This document shows, in pieces, positions 37,816-49,752 of a stretch of 64,000 bases of DNA (within the stretch, counting starts at the first letter, position 1; every line of letters begins with the position of its first letter). A model generated the notes under the pieces. It worked only from the letters and a program-made list of their open reading frames with translations, searched no databases and had not been told where the DNA came from. The DNA comes from Camelus ferus. Its lineage: Eukaryota. A program made the translations under genes and the position numbers. The stretch covers positions 62,374,001 through 62,438,000 of the forward strand of contig NC_045697.1 in NCBI RefSeq assembly GCF_009834535.1, read 5' to 3'.

Positions 37816-38793
37816 GTTAAGCATAATTTAAGAGTATAAATAACGCTGGTACATACCAAGTAATTCTATTTTTTATAGCCAGAGTGAGAAATAGGAAGGC
37901 AAACTGACAACTATTTGTAGCTTTTATTTCGTTTAAAGTTCAAGTTCTACTGTAAATATTACTATTATAATATTAATTTAAATAATATTTTATTTTAAAT
38001 TAAATACAACTAAGTAATACATATTTAAATAATATTTAATTCAGTCCTCAGAATGGTTCTCTTTAAATATAAGAAAGTGCATTTAAATATCCACTTTAGT
38101 ATTTTCCCTAATATTCAAATAGAGTTTTAGCAGAGTCTCTAAGTTGAAATGATCTTTAAAGTATCTACTAGAAAATTAAGTTTGAATTTGTCAGCACAGA
38201 CTGATATTTCTATGGCTCTGTGGTGTAATACATATGGAAATTACTTAAATATCCTTAAAATTTTAAAGTGAGGCCTTCTTATATTGAAGGGAAGTATCAA
38301 AAAAGTTGTAGCATTGTAAATAAAAAATAAAATAATTTATAGAATATGCTCTGGGTACAGAATGAGTCCACAGCATTTCCCTGTTTGTACAGTAGATGTC
38401 GCCAAAAAGTTAAAGATGCCTGAGCAGCAGATGCTATGTACACAAGAGCGATTATGTATTATTTCAATCTAGTTGTGAAAAAATGCTAGAGGGAGAAAAT
38501 GTGTTTTTTCAGACCGTGCCCTACAGATGCCTTTATCTATTAAATGCAATGTTTCTTCCTATTGGACAGATTTAAAGCCAGTGAAGGGGCTTTATCCTAT
38601 TTTTAAAATTGTTCTATCCCTTTAGTTTTCTACATTTTAAAATTCAGTTATGAGTTTTATATGTGGTTTGCAGGCTATAAGAATGAAAATACTTCATTCA
38701 TTAAAAGTTAACCAGCTAATTGCTATAACACCTCTGAGATTCTTAGGTGAAAGGTGTTAAATAAAACACAGGCTAACTGCACTATGTTCCAAT

Positions 38794-39417
38794 TGATGCA
38801 GGAAAACAAATGTGGGGCATGAGGAGGGCTGTGTCCCAGGTCTTGGCTGAGCCCCTGGGTTGTGACCCGCCAAGTGTGGGTCCTTGACTTCGTGCAGGAA
38901 AGAATTCAAGAGCAAACCAGTTGAGAGGTAGATTTATTCAGAGAGATGCATTGAAAGGCAAGAGAAAGGCCACGAGATGTGGGGGTTGGGTGCTCAGTTT
39001 AAAAGTAGGTACACACTCCATAGACAGAATGTGGGCCATCTCCGAAGAGGGAGAGAGAGGGGAGGCCGAGAGGCTCCATGTTGCTGGTTTTTACGGACTT
39101 GGTGGCTTCATATGCTAACAAGTGGAAGGACCAGTCTAAGTAGCCTGGGGAAGGGGCTGGGATTTCCAGGAAGTTGGCCATTTCCCACTCTTTGACATTT
39201 TGTGGCTAGCCTTGGGACAGCCATGGTGCCTGGGGGCGTGTTATTTACCATGTTAATATATTACAGTGAGCATATAATGAAGCTCAAGATCTGCTAGAAG
39301 TTAAATCTCTCATCATCCTGAGCCTCAAGGCCTACTGGGGGATGAATCTTTCACCATTTTGATGTTAATTGCTGTGGCATTCCTTGAATGGCTGTGCCCT
39401 GCCCCCTTCCTGTCTCA
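38794..39417 (-). mobile_element. Solo ERV1 LTR, family B (same family as the A-tailed retrocopies)
   Basis: TG...CA ends, perfect TSD CAAT, AATAAA on the minus strand near 38935. Confidence 0.9.
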
Positions 39418-39444
39418 CAATCATTGTGTTTTTCTTTTAAATAG

Positions 39445-39685
39445 GGATTCTCACTATATGCCAACATCATCACGTTTGAATATTATTGCATAATAGTCAA
39501 TTAAGGGTTGCTGAGAGCTGCTTCTCTCCGCAGGAGGCAGAGAAAGAAGATAAGGGCCTCCCAGTGGCTTTTTCAACTTACCAAAGGCTGACAAATTCCA
39601 ACCTTGCACTGATGGTTTGATCCCAAGACAACAGCTGCAAACTGTCTCAGCACCTTGGGCTAAGAGAACAAAGGGCAGGGGCGAG
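39445..39685 (+). pseudogene. Exon remnant ILTICQHHHV*ILLHNSQLRVAESCFSPQEAEKEDKGLPVAFSTYQRLTNSNLALMV*SQDNSCKLSQHLGLREQRAGA
   Basis: tttttcttttaaatag| acceptor. TGA at 39477 and 39618. Ends phase 2, matching the next exon. Confidence 0.45.
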
Positions 39686-39856
39686 GTCATACAACTTCCC
39701 CAACCTCGGCAACCACATTGCTTTGAGGAAATCAAACCCAGTAGCCACAGCCCCAGGCCTTGACGGGAAAGTTGAGCTGGGGCCTATTCACAAGACTGTT
39801 TAGAATACATTCATTTTCCCACTAGTTCTGAGTCCAAAAATCTGTTTCTCATATAG

Positions 39857-40479
39857 GTGTCAAATGTGTCAGCTTGAATGGCTCTGGGATCCAGGCTGTG
39901 AATGAAAAATACTGCAACCATATCAGTAAACAAAGAATGCTGAAACCATCAAGTCATCAGCGGCTGCCGCCACACCCCAGTGAAGACAAGCCTGCAGCCC
40001 AGCCTCTGCAGCCACTCACAAACGGTGCACTCTGAAGGCCCTCAGAATAATAAAGGACAGGATACTGGCCCTAGATAGCTAGGTGCTTGTCAAAGGAATG
40101 AACTCAATGAGTCCAAATGTTTGCTCCCTCTCGTACATAGAAAAGCACTAAATTCTTTAACTTGAGATGTCTAGTTTTCTTTAGATAATGAGTATTCTTT
40201 TATTGTTCCAACTACCTGGTCTTTGTTGTAAAGCTCCTATATATCCTAGACCCTCCCCTACCTCTTCAGAGCAGTCCTTCAGAGCGATCTCAGAGGCTGT
40301 CATCCCTGCTTGAGTCCCCCCGCCAAACGAAACGTAACTCTCAACTTCTAGGTTGTGCATTTACTTCAGTCGACAAGGCAAATGACAAGAATGCTTGAAT
40401 TGGTCCAGACTGCTGGCTCCACCATACGGCATTCCAATTCAAACTTTTGTCCAAAATGTGTCCACCCAAACATTCATCT
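39857..40479 (+). pseudogene. Exon split by a solo LTR; rejoined (39857-39896 + 40380-40479) it reads CQMCQLEWLWDPGK*QECLNWSRLLAPPYGIPIQTFVQNVSTQTFI
   Basis: Acceptor tctgtttctcatatag| and donor |gtaagc. Removing the LTR and one AGGC TSD copy gives a continuous 140-nt frame with one TGA. Confidence 0.55.
39897..40375 (+). mobile_element. Solo ERV1 LTR, family C, copy 1, inserted in an exon remnant
   Basis: TG...CA ends, perfect TSD AGGC, TATA-like cctatata at ~40238. Confidence 0.9.
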
Positions 40480-40797
40480 GTAAGCCAGTTTTAGCCCCCC
40501 AGGCCTTGAGCTTTTGACCCCTGATCTAATACTTGGTTTGGATATTTATGTATAATATCTAGAGACAAATCACTAACTTGGGCTTTTTCAAAAGCAACCG
40601 AAGGATTTGTACAGGCAGACTGAGCTGGCATTGTAATGAATTTCCTGCAGCAATTTTTACACATACTCATACAAGTAAAATTATAAAGGATATTATGCAG
40701 GATAAAATTATAAAGGATATAGAGGAGAGCTCTGATGTCTGTTTCACTTTCTCTTCTCTAAGCACCCTGAGATGATTTCTAATTAGAACAGTTCTGG

Positions 40798-41323
40798 TGT
40801 TACGGAAATGACAGGCCAGCCAAGAAACAAGCACCACTCGGAGGGTTGGAGTACTCAGATGTAGTATGCCGGCGGGCTCAGAGGGGCTTCTGCTCCGAAG
40901 CTCTGAGCACCTCCAAGACTTGCGCATGTGGCTTTATAGGGTTAAGTACAAGCTTGGGGTATTTGGCCAATAGTCATGAAACAGCTTTAGCAGCATCATT
41001 ATCACAAAAGTGGAGGCAGGGAGGCAGCAAACCAACATTCCAAAGCCAAATATATCTCTTTGAAAATCCAGCTGCCTAGCAAAAAACAACAACAATAAAA
41101 ACAACATGAACAGGGAATCAGCAAACCAACACTAATTAACTTAGATTTACGAGTTAGTCCAGCAGAACTCAGATCAGTATTCTGATACTTAGATTTGTGA
41201 GTTATCTTGTTAGCCTAGCCCGGCTTAGATTTGTGAGTTATCTTATTGGCCCAGCCCTGCTTTTCTTTCACATTCTTAGACTTGTGAGTTATCTTGTTGG
41301 CCCAGCCTGGCTTTTCCTTCACA
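40798..41323 (-). mobile_element. Solo ERV1 LTR, family A, copy 3, with an extra U3 repeat
   Basis: TG...CA ends, perfect TSD CTGG. Confidence 0.9.
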
Positions 41324-41895
41324 CTGGTTCTGTCTGTATTGCCTTTTCTGGTGTCCTCCACCTGCACCAGACCTCAGTCCTCATTCTAGAATCCAAAACA
41401 TCAGTTAGTTCAGTGAAACATCCTGTGAAATCTCCTATACCTGAATTGATAGCCCTGATCAAGTATTTTGTTGAATGTAATGTCACAGCACATATATAAC
41501 TGAAGGATATTGTTTCTGAAATAAATTGTAATGCAGGTTTAACTAGAAGAGCTTATATTTGACTATCTTGAAATGATTGAATTCCAGTAGAAGTCTGAGC
41601 AGTCTTCCACTGTATTATCTTTCTCCTCAAATAAGTGATAACAATACGTGGATAAAAATTAGATTCAGAATGAGCAATATTTCCACCCCCAAATTTTTTC
41701 TTTTTCTACATTTCTCTCTGTTTGCTACAGCTGTGTAGTTTTTCGATAGCTATTTACACTTAGCATTTATGGTATGTTGCTACAGAATCCTCACAAATAA
41801 CATTTTAGTTGTTGCCCAATACTATTCCATCAAATCATTAGATCAAAATTTAACTACTCATTTCCTGTTGCTAAATATCTAGTCTTTTTTGCTAC

Positions 41896-42365
41896 TGTCG
41901 ACTGAAATAAATGCAGAGCCTAAAAGATGAGAGTTATGTTTCGTTTGGCAGGAGGACTTGAGCTGGGATGACAGTCCCTCTGAGGGACTGCTCTGAAGAG
42001 GTAGGGGAGGGTCTAGGATATATAGGAGCTTTACAACAAAGACCAGGTAGTTGGAACAATAAAAGAATACTCATTATCTAAAGAAAACTAGACATCTCAA
42101 GTTAAAGAATTTAGTGCTTTTCTATGTACGAGAGGGAGCAAACATTTGGACTCATTGAGTTCATTCCTTTGACAAGCACCTAGCTATCTAGGGCCAGTAT
42201 CCTGTCCTTTATTATTCTGAGGGCCTTCAGAGTGCACCGTTTGTGAGTGGCTGCAGAGGCTGGGCTGCAGGCTTGTCTTCACTGGGGTGTGGCGGCAGCC
42301 GCTGATGACTTGATGGTTTCAGCATTCTTTGTTTACTGATATGGTTGCAGTACTTTTCATTCACA
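41896..42365 (-). mobile_element. Solo ERV1 LTR, family C, copy 2 (inverted)
   Basis: Reverse complement of 39897-40375. TSD ctac/ctaa. Confidence 0.9.
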
Positions 42366-43242
42366 CTAACATAAGTAATTTTGCAATAAGTATAGATATT
42401 CTTTCCTTTAGATAATTCTTAGGAAAATCTGATGCAGATGAGATTACTATACAAAGAATACTACTGTCTACATAATTTTTGGACTACATAGTAAAAATGA
42501 TTTCTACAATATTTATCCATTTACATATATACATTACCAGCATAGATATTACCTTATTTTTATTTTGCACACTTATTAGGTATAACACGTTTTCAAAATT
42601 TTAATTTCCAATTTCTTTTATTTTTTCATTTATTTGTTCACTAATTTTTTCTTATATGTTTCTTTTCAATTTCATGTCTTTTCCTGATACTGTTTTATTA
42701 GCTTTTGCTTTTTATTTTAGTTATGATATATTGTATTATAAAGAAAGGAGAGTTCACAGAATCATCTGTTTATCTTTTCCTTTGTGGTATGTTTTCTCCC
42801 CTCCTTTTTATCAAGATTGTAAATGAGACCACTTTCCTCCAAGGTCTTTTGTTAATTAGTTCATATAATTCTTCCTGGCAGCCAAGCTGTGGGTAACATC
42901 CCTATTTAGTTATTAATCTCCTGGCTTTGTGGGGAAGGCATGTGATAAAAATTGTCTTTAATAATTCTCATTAACTTTGAAACACTTGCTACAAATATGC
43001 TATTATTTACTGTCTTAACTAATTTAATTGGGAGTAACTAAAAATAAAAACTTGCTAATAATTGGAGCAATTGGAAGTATAGTATATTTTGACATAATAC
43101 TGCTCAGCTCTGTGAATTTTAGAATGTTTTTTCCTTTACTTATTTAACATCCAACTCTACATACCAAGGAACAAGTTCTGAAGTACCCCCCCCCCCACCA
43201 ATAATGTAACAAAATCAATCATGCTTTATATAACATACAATT

Positions 43243-43888
43243 TGTTACCCCAAAACTGGGTTTGCTTCTTGGTGGATGTCAAGCCAAAAGACACAACCAA
43301 GTCAAAGAGGGGAAGAAGGAAGGATTTATTATCACTTGCAGCAAAGTAAGAGGAACACTGAGGATCTTTCCCAAAGCAATATCTCCCCAAACAGCAAAAC
43401 TGGGGAATTTTTAAGCTAAAAGTACATGCATAGTCACAAGGGGCTTGAACGGAGAATTCAGCATAGAATTAGGGCAGAGATCCAGAGTCCAAGTCTTGGG
43501 TTGATGCATTAATTGAAATCAAGAGGGCCATCATCATTCCATACTCCACCTGGGTGGGAACCTTAGTTCCTGCAGAACTCAAAGATATATTATTATGAAT
43601 ATTCCTTGAGGAGGAATGAGAACTCTTGTTTTATCACTGCACTATTGCTTGACTGCCTTTTCTCTGTTCCTGCATTCCTTTGTTCCCTTAAGATCATTGA
43701 TTGCTGAGACCTGTTGACTTGTTGAAGGGCAAGCATGGTAGCCGGGCTAAGATCACAAAATGGCTTTGGCCAAAATGGCTTCTTTTATGTCAAAAAAAAA
43801 AAAAAAAAAAAAAAAAAGAGAGAGAGAGAGAGATTGAAGCCAAGTCTGGTTCTTTTCCTCTGGGGATCCCCTACCCTGTCCGCTTACA
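43243..43888 (-). mobile_element. Solo ERV1-type LTR with internal A/(GA) run
   Basis: TG...CA ends, tttatt (minus-strand AATAAA) at ~43325. TSD unclear. Confidence 0.75.
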
Positions 43889-44113
43889 ATTTGTTTTAAC
43901 CAAACAGCTGATTTTCAATACTAGTTTCTAATTGGCTATTTAAAATGTTAACATTTGCTTTCAAGTTCGTTTTCTCTTCTTTCAAAAGACTGGTTGAAGC
44001 CACGATTCATGATTTTTTTTTTTTGTGTGTGTGGGCACAATTGTCTTTAGACTATTCCAGTTTATAGATCAAAGAATGAGATTCTTCTTTCCTTATGTAA
44101 GAATTTGAGATGA

Positions 44114-44242
44114 CTCACAGCGAAAAAAAATGTTACAAGAATACATACATGTTTACGTAGAACTGAAAAATTGTGCTCTGTACTGGAATTTGACATAATA
44201 TTGTAAAATGACTATAACTCAATTAAAAATGTTAAAAAAAAA
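44114..44242 (+). mobile_element. Short, young L1 3'-terminal insertion
   Basis: A tail and perfect 15-bp TSD aagaatttgagatga (44099-44113, 44243-44257). Confidence 0.85.
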
Positions 44243-44651
44243 AAGAATTTGAGATGAGATGATCTCATCACCTTCATACATATGAGATGTAACTACTCTG
44301 CCATTCAGAATTCAGTTCAGGAAATATTTTATGCAGAAAGAGATTTACTACAATTTGCAGTGTGTTCCCACACAACCCTCCCACAACAATTATTGATCTC
44401 TTAGGCTTAGTGTGCTCACTCTAATAGATTAAATAGACTGAATATTTCCTAAGTTCTTCTTCACACATTTCAGACATAATTTTCTTCTTCTTGATCTTTG
44501 TAACATCTAGCTGATCTCCAAATCGAGAGGTAAGAGAACGGGAGCATGTATGTGGAAGAGATTTCTTAAAGCTCACTACCAAACAATACCACAGAAAGCA
44601 AACCACAGATTGATGGAAAAGTGTGACAGAAATCACTGCATTTCTCCTTAG

Positions 44652-44738
44652 GTCCTCTGCCTACTACCTATCAGGATCACTGCCTGTTTCATACTAGGCC
44701 CACCCTGATTTATTCTCAGCCCTAGACTCCATAAGCTG
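44652..44738 (+). pseudogene. Exon remnant (G)PLPTTYQDHCLFHTRPTLIYSQP*TP*A
   Basis: catttctccttag| acceptor. Motif resembles the 26.3-26.4 kb segment. Another candidate lies just upstream at 44474-44529 (cag|...GAG|gtaaga). Confidence 0.4.
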
Positions 44739-45619
44739 GTGCTTATTGTCATGGTCATTATAAGCCATTATTATTTGTTCCTAGAGTGCAAACGGGCCCT
44801 TTCTTTTTAATTCCTTTCTGGGGAAGCACCCCAAGGAAATGATAATTTGAAAAAAATGGTCACATGATTTATTTTTGCCTAATGAGTTTAAGTTTAGTTT
44901 TAGGTTTTGAAGAGGAAAAGCAAAAAGGACCTAAGACTTGCTATGGATACTTCTATGATCTTATCATGGACCCCTCATACTCACAGATGGCAGGATCTCA
45001 GGGAGGGAAGGTATCTCAAGGATCTTCTCCTCAAGTCACACTAGTCTCAGGAGACTGCTGTGAGAAACAGAAAGAGATTTAGTAAGGGAAACAAGGGACC
45101 AGTCTGTGAAAAAGGCTGGAAACAGGGAAACAGGGTGACATCAACGAAAGGAGAATTGCCAAGCTTCCTGGGATCAATTCCAATACACTTGGGAAATCTT
45201 TGCAAAATGCATTTCTTTGTGAGGATCCTAGGAGATTCGTTACTTTGGTATTGTAGTGAAATTGTTAGTGGAATGAAAGAATTGAAAAAAAAACAGATGA
45301 TCCACAGCTTCATAGAAATATCAAATCTCCTAAAATGTTGTAGCGAAAGAGTGCAGGGTTAAGGGTGAAGTGACAGATGTTTCAGGCTGGCAATTTTGTT
45401 TGATTATGAAACTGCTTCTTTTTGTTTCCTGAGTGAGACCTTCATTTGGCAAACTGCTGATTCTTGCAAACTGGCATTATTCCAATATTTTCCTTCAAAC
45501 CCTGAAATTGCTTATATCCTTTTTTCCCTGTCCATGAGGAAGTCTCCTTAAATTCGTATTAAAGTAGTGGTCAGTAATGTCTGCACAATTCTTGGTAATT
45601 CTCTGATGAACTGTTCTAG

Positions 45620-45706
45620 CTACATGGGAGTGACGCATCATTGTCTTTTAGGTTTTATTATACAGGAAATACAGGGAGAAGCAAGAATGCTTTGTTTCTT
45701 TGGAAG
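45620..45706 (+). pseudogene. Exon remnant LHGSDASLSFRFYYTGNTGRSKNALFLWK
   Basis: ttctag| ... AAG|gtatgt. 87 nt open, phase 0 end. Confidence 0.45.
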
Positions 45707-47165
45707 GTATGTGTTTGGGCTCTTATAACTATGAATACTAATATAGTTTCAACTTAGAGCATCTTTTTCCAGGAAAGTGGTCTAGCCAGAATAACTATAC
45801 AGCCAGAATATGTAATTCTTTGTTGGCTGTTCTTCCCATCACAATGTTTTAGGATGATCACTCATCTTTGCCTGTGACCCAACCCTGTGTTCCTTCGAGA
45901 TACTGAACAAAATAAAATCTGGAGACACTTCCTATATTTAATAAAAAATCTTGTCTTGCTTTGTTCAACAGCTTACACATGAAAAAAATCTCTTTATTTC
46001 TCCTTGGTTTATTAGCCTTTTAGGTTATTAGCCAGTCCTTAAATATTGTAGGGCTAAGTTTTTATACTTCCAGTTACAATGATCTGAATCTCTTCTACAC
46101 TCTTTCTCATGGATCAATAAAGTGCATTCTCAAATCTACCTTCAGATAACCCCTTTATGGCTCCTTTTCTGATCTCCTTCTTTATTTCTTGTTTGTAGGA
46201 TAAAAATTAAGTATTTATCTACCTTTGGACTGCTATTTTCTGCTGATCTTGAAAGGTCTGGCTCACGTACAATTTCTATGAGCTTATCTCTAACCACTCA
46301 AGTCCTAAGTGATTGAATTTTTTTCACTAGATGCATTTTTAGCGCAGACTGTATGTGAGGCATTAGGCTAGGGTCTAGTAGAAGATTTAATGGAGGAGAT
46401 GTCATTTAGGAGGTGCCTTCAAGGATGAGTAGAATTTGACAGGCAGATGTTTGTTTGTTTATTTATTTATTTAAGCTTCTTGGGTGGAGGTAACAGGGAA
46501 TAGTCACATCGGTGGGCTAGTCTGCAGCCTGCTGTGTTAGAAGAAAGCCAGTAAACTAGCTGCCTGGAGTACAGGATTTATGAGGGGGAATAACGAATAA
46601 AAGTGCTAGAGTGGTAGGTTTAAGCTAGGCCATAGAGCTATACACACATTTATAACAATAAAATTATATATAATTATATATACATGTTTTTAAAGCAATC
46701 TTAAACTTACAAACTCACAAAAAGTTTCAACTTTAGTGCCAAGAACTTTTATTTTCTTCTACAGTTCGGAAGTAAATTGTTGACCTGATAACTCCTCACC
46801 TCAAGTACTTTATTAGGTATTTTCTATAAACTACACAGCCATCTAACATCCAAATGTGGAACAGCCATCTAAATATGGAAATTAATACCACTATCTAGTT
46901 TATCCTTTGACCTCTTTGAGGTTTCTCCAATTTTCCCAATAATGTAAAGTGCAAGGACTCAGTTTAAAGTCATATGTTTGGGGAGTGTTTCTGAGTATTT
47001 GAAATACCCACAGAGTCCTGTTAGGGGGTTGTGTGCAATGCTCCAAGAAAGAAGTATTTATCAGGGCCCCAAGAACCTTAACTTTGGTGTCAGAGCACTC
47101 CAGCATTGTGCTCCCAGTGTATCATAAGGTTTTCTCTGTAAAATCGATTTCTTTTTCTCTTGTAG

Positions 47166-47268
47166 GAATTCTCTCCTGATAACTTTTATAACTTTTCAAA
47201 CCACATGTGGTTTAGACTAGACAATGGAGCAAGGGGAGATCTGAATGTTCTGTCTCCTCCAAAGCCAG
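47166..47268 (+). pseudogene. Exon remnant EFSPDNFYNFSNHMWFRLDNGARGDLNVLSPPKP
   Basis: Strong acceptor tttctttttctcttgtag| and donor CAG|gtgatg. Phase 0-1, compatible with both neighbours. Confidence 0.55.
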
Positions 47269-48007
47269 GTGATGAAGTCTTTCCCAGGAGGCTGTGCCTG
47301 TGGGCTCTTGGTCAGCACCACCAGGACTCCCAGTGAGCCCACGGGTCTAAACCTTTGTGATGACAACATAGACAATCCCTGCCCCACATTTAAATTGTCT
47401 GGACTCAAGGTTTGAAATTTGAAGCTACCTGGTTTATAATTTCCAATTAACTGGAAGCATGGAATAGATATATCATGATGGAATTATGCTAAAGAAAAGA
47501 ATGTAAAGGAATGTTCTTTATTACCCTCATTTCCCCCACCCCAGGGTTGCCACAGGCCTGTGATTCAAAGTTAGTTTTAGTGCTCACTGACGCACGTTCT
47601 GCCCGCAGGCAGTTGCTCGCCTGGCAGCAGGGAACAGAGGTGAGCCTCTTCCCACCACAGTATCTACAGAGCCTTTGCTGGCACAAAGTTAGTCTGTGTG
47701 TTTTGGTGGGACGTCAGATCATTCAGTTTTCTGTTTCAATTAGAAAAATACTTTCATCTTGTTAGTCATGAATCTTTAGGCCAGAAAATGATTTTCATTT
47801 GGTTTCTAAGGCAACTTTTTGGAAAATGAGAATAATGGCCAATGTAGTTTAAAACTTTAACACTCTGAAAACATTGGAGTACCAATTGTATCAAGCTAAG
47901 TCAGTTTCACAGCTGTGTCTCTATCTTGTGGTTCTACTTGGCTGTGGTAGTTCGACTGTATTATTCTTCATGATTTTATGTATTACCTTACTTTCATCTG
48001 ATTCTAG

Positions 48008-48143
48008 TGGAAAATGTACCTGGAAGCATCAAAGATTTCATAGTAGAATTTCGTCAGGCTCTGTGGCTGTCCCCTCTCAGTGCCTCATTAGTGGCCCTTT
48101 TGAAGCTGGCTGCCAAGCGCCCTTCTGATTCCATTCCCCGCTG
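48008..48143 (+). pseudogene. Exon remnant (V)ENVPGSIKDFIVEFRQALWLSPLSASLVALLKLAAKRPSDSIPR
   Basis: ctttcatctgattctag| ... CTG|gtatgg. Open, phase 1 start matches the previous exon. Confidence 0.55.
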
Positions 48144-49752
48144 GTATGGCTGGATCTTGACAAGGACAGGAGGGAAAACAACGGAAGACAATCTGTGACC
48201 CAAAGCCCTTGTGACATTTGGGAGAAAAATGTTCCCCATGGGAGCTTCATGATTGAACTCCAGGGTTCATACACATGTTTAATAACATTGGATTCACCTT
48301 TTAAATAATATCGTTATTTTTGAAATACAAATGTGAAATTTCAGCTTCTACATGTGTTTATAAAATGTATCAAGACTGATGCAGAAAAGAATAATAAGAA
48401 TATTCCCATTTTATCTATGTGTTAGGTAAGGTGACAAGGTGCTGAATCTGGATTTATACAGGGTCATTTAAAGAGCAAAATTTCCAGTGTAGTTGGCTAG
48501 TGTCTTTTTCAGGAAGATGTCCTTCCACCATTCCAAACAAATGTTCTCACCTTTTGACATTTACTAGTAGAATATTTGGTCATAGCAATGGAAAACAATT
48601 TTTTTTTAAACTTTGTTAAAAGGAAATTTATTACCTGTTGTACTAGTTCTGGGTGAAGCATACAGGATAATAGGCAATTTCTGGTAAGAATATTAACAAT
48701 GTATTTCCATGGCCACTTAGTAATGGTTTGATCTTAAAATGTATACAAATGTTGCTATTAAATTCTTTTGACTTCCTTAATTTTTTGGTTATACCAAAAA
48801 TTAAGTTGCCCCTTAAGTAGAGTAAAGCCTATTAGGGCAGATATTGTTCATGTTGGAGTTCTAGTTAAATTATTGAATTCTTTTCCTTTACATCACTAAA
48901 TATAGCAACAATAGGAGATAATTTGTATAGCTTACAGCAGGTTCTAATCCATCCAATGATCACCATGTAGTTTATAAAAAGAATCTCTAAGAGACAAACG
49001 AGCAGTTCTAAGTGTTATTGAATGCTTTTGCAGTTAAACATTTAGATGTAACAAGTGAAACCTTCTCTAAGTCAGATTTCCCTTTGTTGTCAAGTGAAAA
49101 TAATAATAACTGTATGTCTGCTTCAATGATTTGTACTGATGATCATATGAGAAAATGTAAAATTCACTTACAAATGGTGAAGCGTGGTACAGACTTGCAT
49201 GGTTGTTTTTAGAATTGTTTAAATTTAAAATTACTTAGTTACCTTTTTTTTCTATAAAAAATTGAAACTAAGTACTAATGATTTAATATCTGCACATTAA
49301 ATTAGCCATGAATTCGGGATCGTCCTCTCTTGCCTCTCACAGTCCTGCAGGGATGCCCACCAGTAGGGAGGAGACATGGTGACCACTGAGATGCAGAACA
49401 CATGGTTACCGAGGGACCAAGCAGCAGAGGGGCAGCATGTTCCACATAGCAATTTAAACTAGTTGTTAAAAAATATGTGGGCCATCAAACTTGCTTTTGG
49501 ATGAGCCATTTTTATCCTAGAAAAAGCCTTTGCACATTATATTGTTCCATTTCCCTTGCCTTCCTTCATTTTAAAGAAAATCTGTCAAAGGAAATCTAAG
49601 TTAACCTAATTAGATTTTGAACTTTACTTTTAAACCTTTAAACCTTCCTGATAGCTCTGTTAAACCACTTTTAAGACTTTTCTAGTTTTAAAACTATTCA
49701 ATGTGGAGCACATCTAAAAAAACTGACTTTAGGAGATATGAGCATGTATCTT

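Noticed and set aside
17848..40479. Multi-UGA selenoprotein or stop-readthrough gene
   Set aside because: TAA/TAG stops, probable frameshifts and an exonic LTR are also present. No SECIS was identified. CpG decay explains the TGA excess more simply.
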